From Acidimicrobiia bacterium (GTDB lineage Bacteria > Actinomycetota > Acidimicrobiia > IMCC26256 > PALSA-610), in contig DASXZO010000108.1 of assembly GCA_036501845.1 (NCBI GenBank), positions 14,025-78,024 on the forward strand: a DNA stretch of 64,000 nucleotides, read 5' to 3'. A program made the position numbers and the translations under genes. The notes beneath the pieces are model-generated. The model made no database searches, was not told the DNA's origin, and saw only the letters and a program-made list of their open reading frames with translations. Of the stretch, positions 63,746 to 64,000 are shown piece by piece (the first letter of the stretch is position 1; every line of letters begins with the position of its first letter).

Positions 63746-64000
63746 TCAGGACACGAGGTCACCCGCGAGATACGCCCGGGCGACGAGCTGCACGAACTGT
63801 TGCACCGCGTCCTCACGCACGCTGAACGGCCCGGGTCGGTAGCCGCGCGAGCTCACGCCGCGCTGCACTGCCTCGCACGCGTCCCAGTCTTGGCGGTTCA
63901 CGACGTCCCAGAAGTCGGCCGCGTACGAAGGGTCGAAGTCGTCGCGCGCGACGGCCTCCGGATCGAACATCCAGCTGCACTCGATGCGCGTCTCGCCCGC
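63746..64000 (-). CDS. Hypothetical protein, N-terminus probably outside the window
   Basis: The reading frame stays open to position 64000 (..AGETRIECSW-MFDPEAV..), with good third-position bias. I recognised no family. Confidence 0.35.
   Translation of the reverse strand, partial: AGETRIECSWMFDPEAVARDDFDPSYAADFWDVVNRQDWDACEAVQRGVSSRGYRPGPFSVREDAVQQFVQLVARAYLAGDLVS

Overview
This is a very GC-rich, gene-dense chromosomal segment with about 59 CDS and no spacer longer than about 175 nt. It looks actinobacterial: an F420-type LLM oxidoreductase, mycothiol-type DinB/MDMPI domains, menaquinone genes, many 4-nt start/stop overlaps and leaderless-style promoters. I saw no rRNA, tRNA, CRISPR array, transposase, integrase or prophage genes, so it looks like core genome rather than an island.

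Gene blocks, left to right:
- UbiA prenyltransferase and an SCP2-like protein
- GS-like plus PuuD-like gamma-glutamylation pair
- LLM oxidoreductase, cell-wall glucosaminidase, acyl-CoA dehydrogenase, ABC1/UbiB kinase
- FG-GAP+RCC1 double-propeller lipoprotein and a carotenoid oxygenase
- ECF transporter (T, fused A-A, S) coupled to a crotonase
- Menaquinone cluster: merR-menG-menF, menD, menH, menA, menE, interspersed with SDR, Zn-ADH and VOC genes
- Membrane protein, DSD1-type PLP enzyme, amidase
- Degenerate-GGDEF plus HDOD pair next to a flippase and a GT4 glycosyltransferase
- Lhr helicase
- ECF sigma factor with a soluble anti-sigma factor; second acyl-CoA dehydrogenase
- Secreted Big_1-lipase; MOSC, ilvC, ilvN, ilvB; fpg/nei
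- M14 and S9 peptidases; ilvD
- rpiR with a divergent ALDH, ThDP-enzyme, class-III aminotransferase operon
- PPOX and DinB-type proteins

Observations most worth follow-up:
1. A near-identical 12-6-12 palindrome lies in front of merR-menG-menF and again in the menA/menE divergent spacer. It is a candidate menaquinone regulon operator.
2. A ~42-nt GC-rich repeat (family R) occurs four times, always in sense orientation. Two copies are embedded in frame in the carotenoid oxygenase and Lhr.
3. A ~95-nt conserved leader element (family B) ends in GCGAACAAGAGG-N6-ATG upstream of the SDR, fpg and, in short form, ilvD.
4. An ilvB leader peptide (..DLLVVIT) with a textbook attenuator starts 2 nt after the fpg stop.
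5. A PAS-GAF-GGDEF protein has lost its active site (SGATF) but keeps the RxxD I-site, and is paired with an HDOD protein beside polysaccharide genes.

All functional calls rest on motif recognition by eye. No database search was run.
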